DNA from: an uncultured Bacilli bacterium | GTDB taxonomy: Bacteria; Bacillota_I; Bacilli_A; RF39; UBA660 | DNA length: 64,000 nucleotides | Reading direction: 5' to 3' | Assembly: GCA_947632595.1 (NCBI GenBank) | Contig: CANRPY010000006.1 | Coordinates: 802-64,801, forward strand | In this document: piece after piece, positions 63,586 through 64,000 of the stretch | How positions within the stretch are numbered: the first letter of the stretch is position 1 | How the letters are laid out: the number at the start of each line of letters is the position of its first letter | Translations under genes and position numbers: made by a program | Notes under the pieces: generated by a model | Database searches by the model: none | What the model was told of the DNA's origin: nothing | What the model saw: only the letters and a program-made list of their open reading frames with translations

Positions 63586-64000
63586 ATGAGAAAGAATAAT
63601 AAAGGGTTTACTTTAATTGAGTTAATAGCGGTTGTTGCTTTACTTGGGATTTTATCGGTTCTTGTTGTTCCTAAAATTTTTTCTTTGGTTACGGATAGTA
63701 GAAAAAATGTATATGTACAGGATGCAAAAAGAATGATTGCTCAAGCACAATATGTTATTACTTCTAAAAATGCGGAGATTCAAAAACCTAAAAATGATGG
63801 TGATAAAATTCTGTTAAGTTTATTGTATCTTGGATCTAATTCTTTTCAAGATGCCCCTAATGGAGGAGAGTACCTTACTTCTGAGTCTTTTGTTGTGGTT
63901 GAGAAAGATGGAGAAGAATTTAAATATAGTGCTGTCTTAATTGAAAAATATGAGAAAAATGGTCAAACTCTTTACATGGGTATTCAAGATGCTACCGAAG
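63586..64000 (+). CDS. Type IV pilin/pseudopilin-like protein, 3'-truncated by the window edge
   Basis: My own translation is open to nt 64000 and is not in the ORF track. MRKNNKGFTLIELIAVVALLGILSVLVVP is a class III signal (G-1, F+1, E+5). RBS AAAGGAGG. Confidence 0.75.
   Translation, partial: MRKNNKGFTLIELIAVVALLGILSVLVVPKIFSLVTDSRKNVYVQDAKRMIAQAQYVITSKNAEIQKPKNDGDKILLSLLYLGSNSFQDAPNGGEYLTSESFVVVEKDGEEFKYSAVLIEKYEKNGQTLYMGIQDATE

Overview
This is an AT-rich (about one-third G+C by eye) chromosomal segment from a low-GC, anaerobic, endospore-forming Firmicute. The sporulation genes are spoVS, a CotE orthologue, a SigF/G/B-type sigma factor, spoVAC-spoVAD-spoVAEb and ricA/ymcA; the anaerobic nrdDG pair is also present. 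I call about 75 protein genes. They are tightly packed, mostly on the + strand, often translationally coupled (ATGA/TAATG overlaps), and frequently preceded by TGnTATAAT extended -10 promoters with short leaders. There is one tRNA-Leu(CAA) and one T-box leader (serS). I saw no rRNA, CRISPR array, transposase or integrase, or recognisable defence gene. The housekeeping backbone is pdp, serS, miaB, rpsP-KH, uppS-cdsA-rseP, priA-fmt-rlmN-prpC-prkC-rsgA-rpe, tex, nrdDG-dut, scpAB and rluA-like. The accessory or poorly understood blocks, roughly in order of interest, are as follows. (i) A four-gene membrane module at 15.2-19.0 kb resembles B. subtilis ydjG-ydjH-ydjI (zinc ribbon / TPM / SPFH) but has no pspA; it is headed by a TM + NTF2/Tim44-like + zinc-ribbon protein. 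(ii) A minus-strand Bat-like MoxR-DUF58-TM-VWA-VWA-TPR operon lies divergent from cotE. (iii) A thioester-domain (TQxA) adhesin has a non-canonical APDTG sorting signal and a dedicated sortase that lacks the catalytic Arg. (iv) Unknown membrane-anchored genes are translationally coupled into the priA-rpe operon at the positions where def, rsmB and thiN sit in B. subtilis. (v) A sigF-like sigma gene sits upstream of spoVA without spoIIAA/spoIIAB. (vi) A peptidoglycan-remodelling cluster contains an SGNH-fold protein with all four signature residues substituted. (vii) A glycosyltransferase cluster contains an Alg13-like::GtrA fusion immediately upstream of a type IV pilin-like gene. All functional calls rest on motif recognition by eye and remembered family knowledge; no database search was possible.
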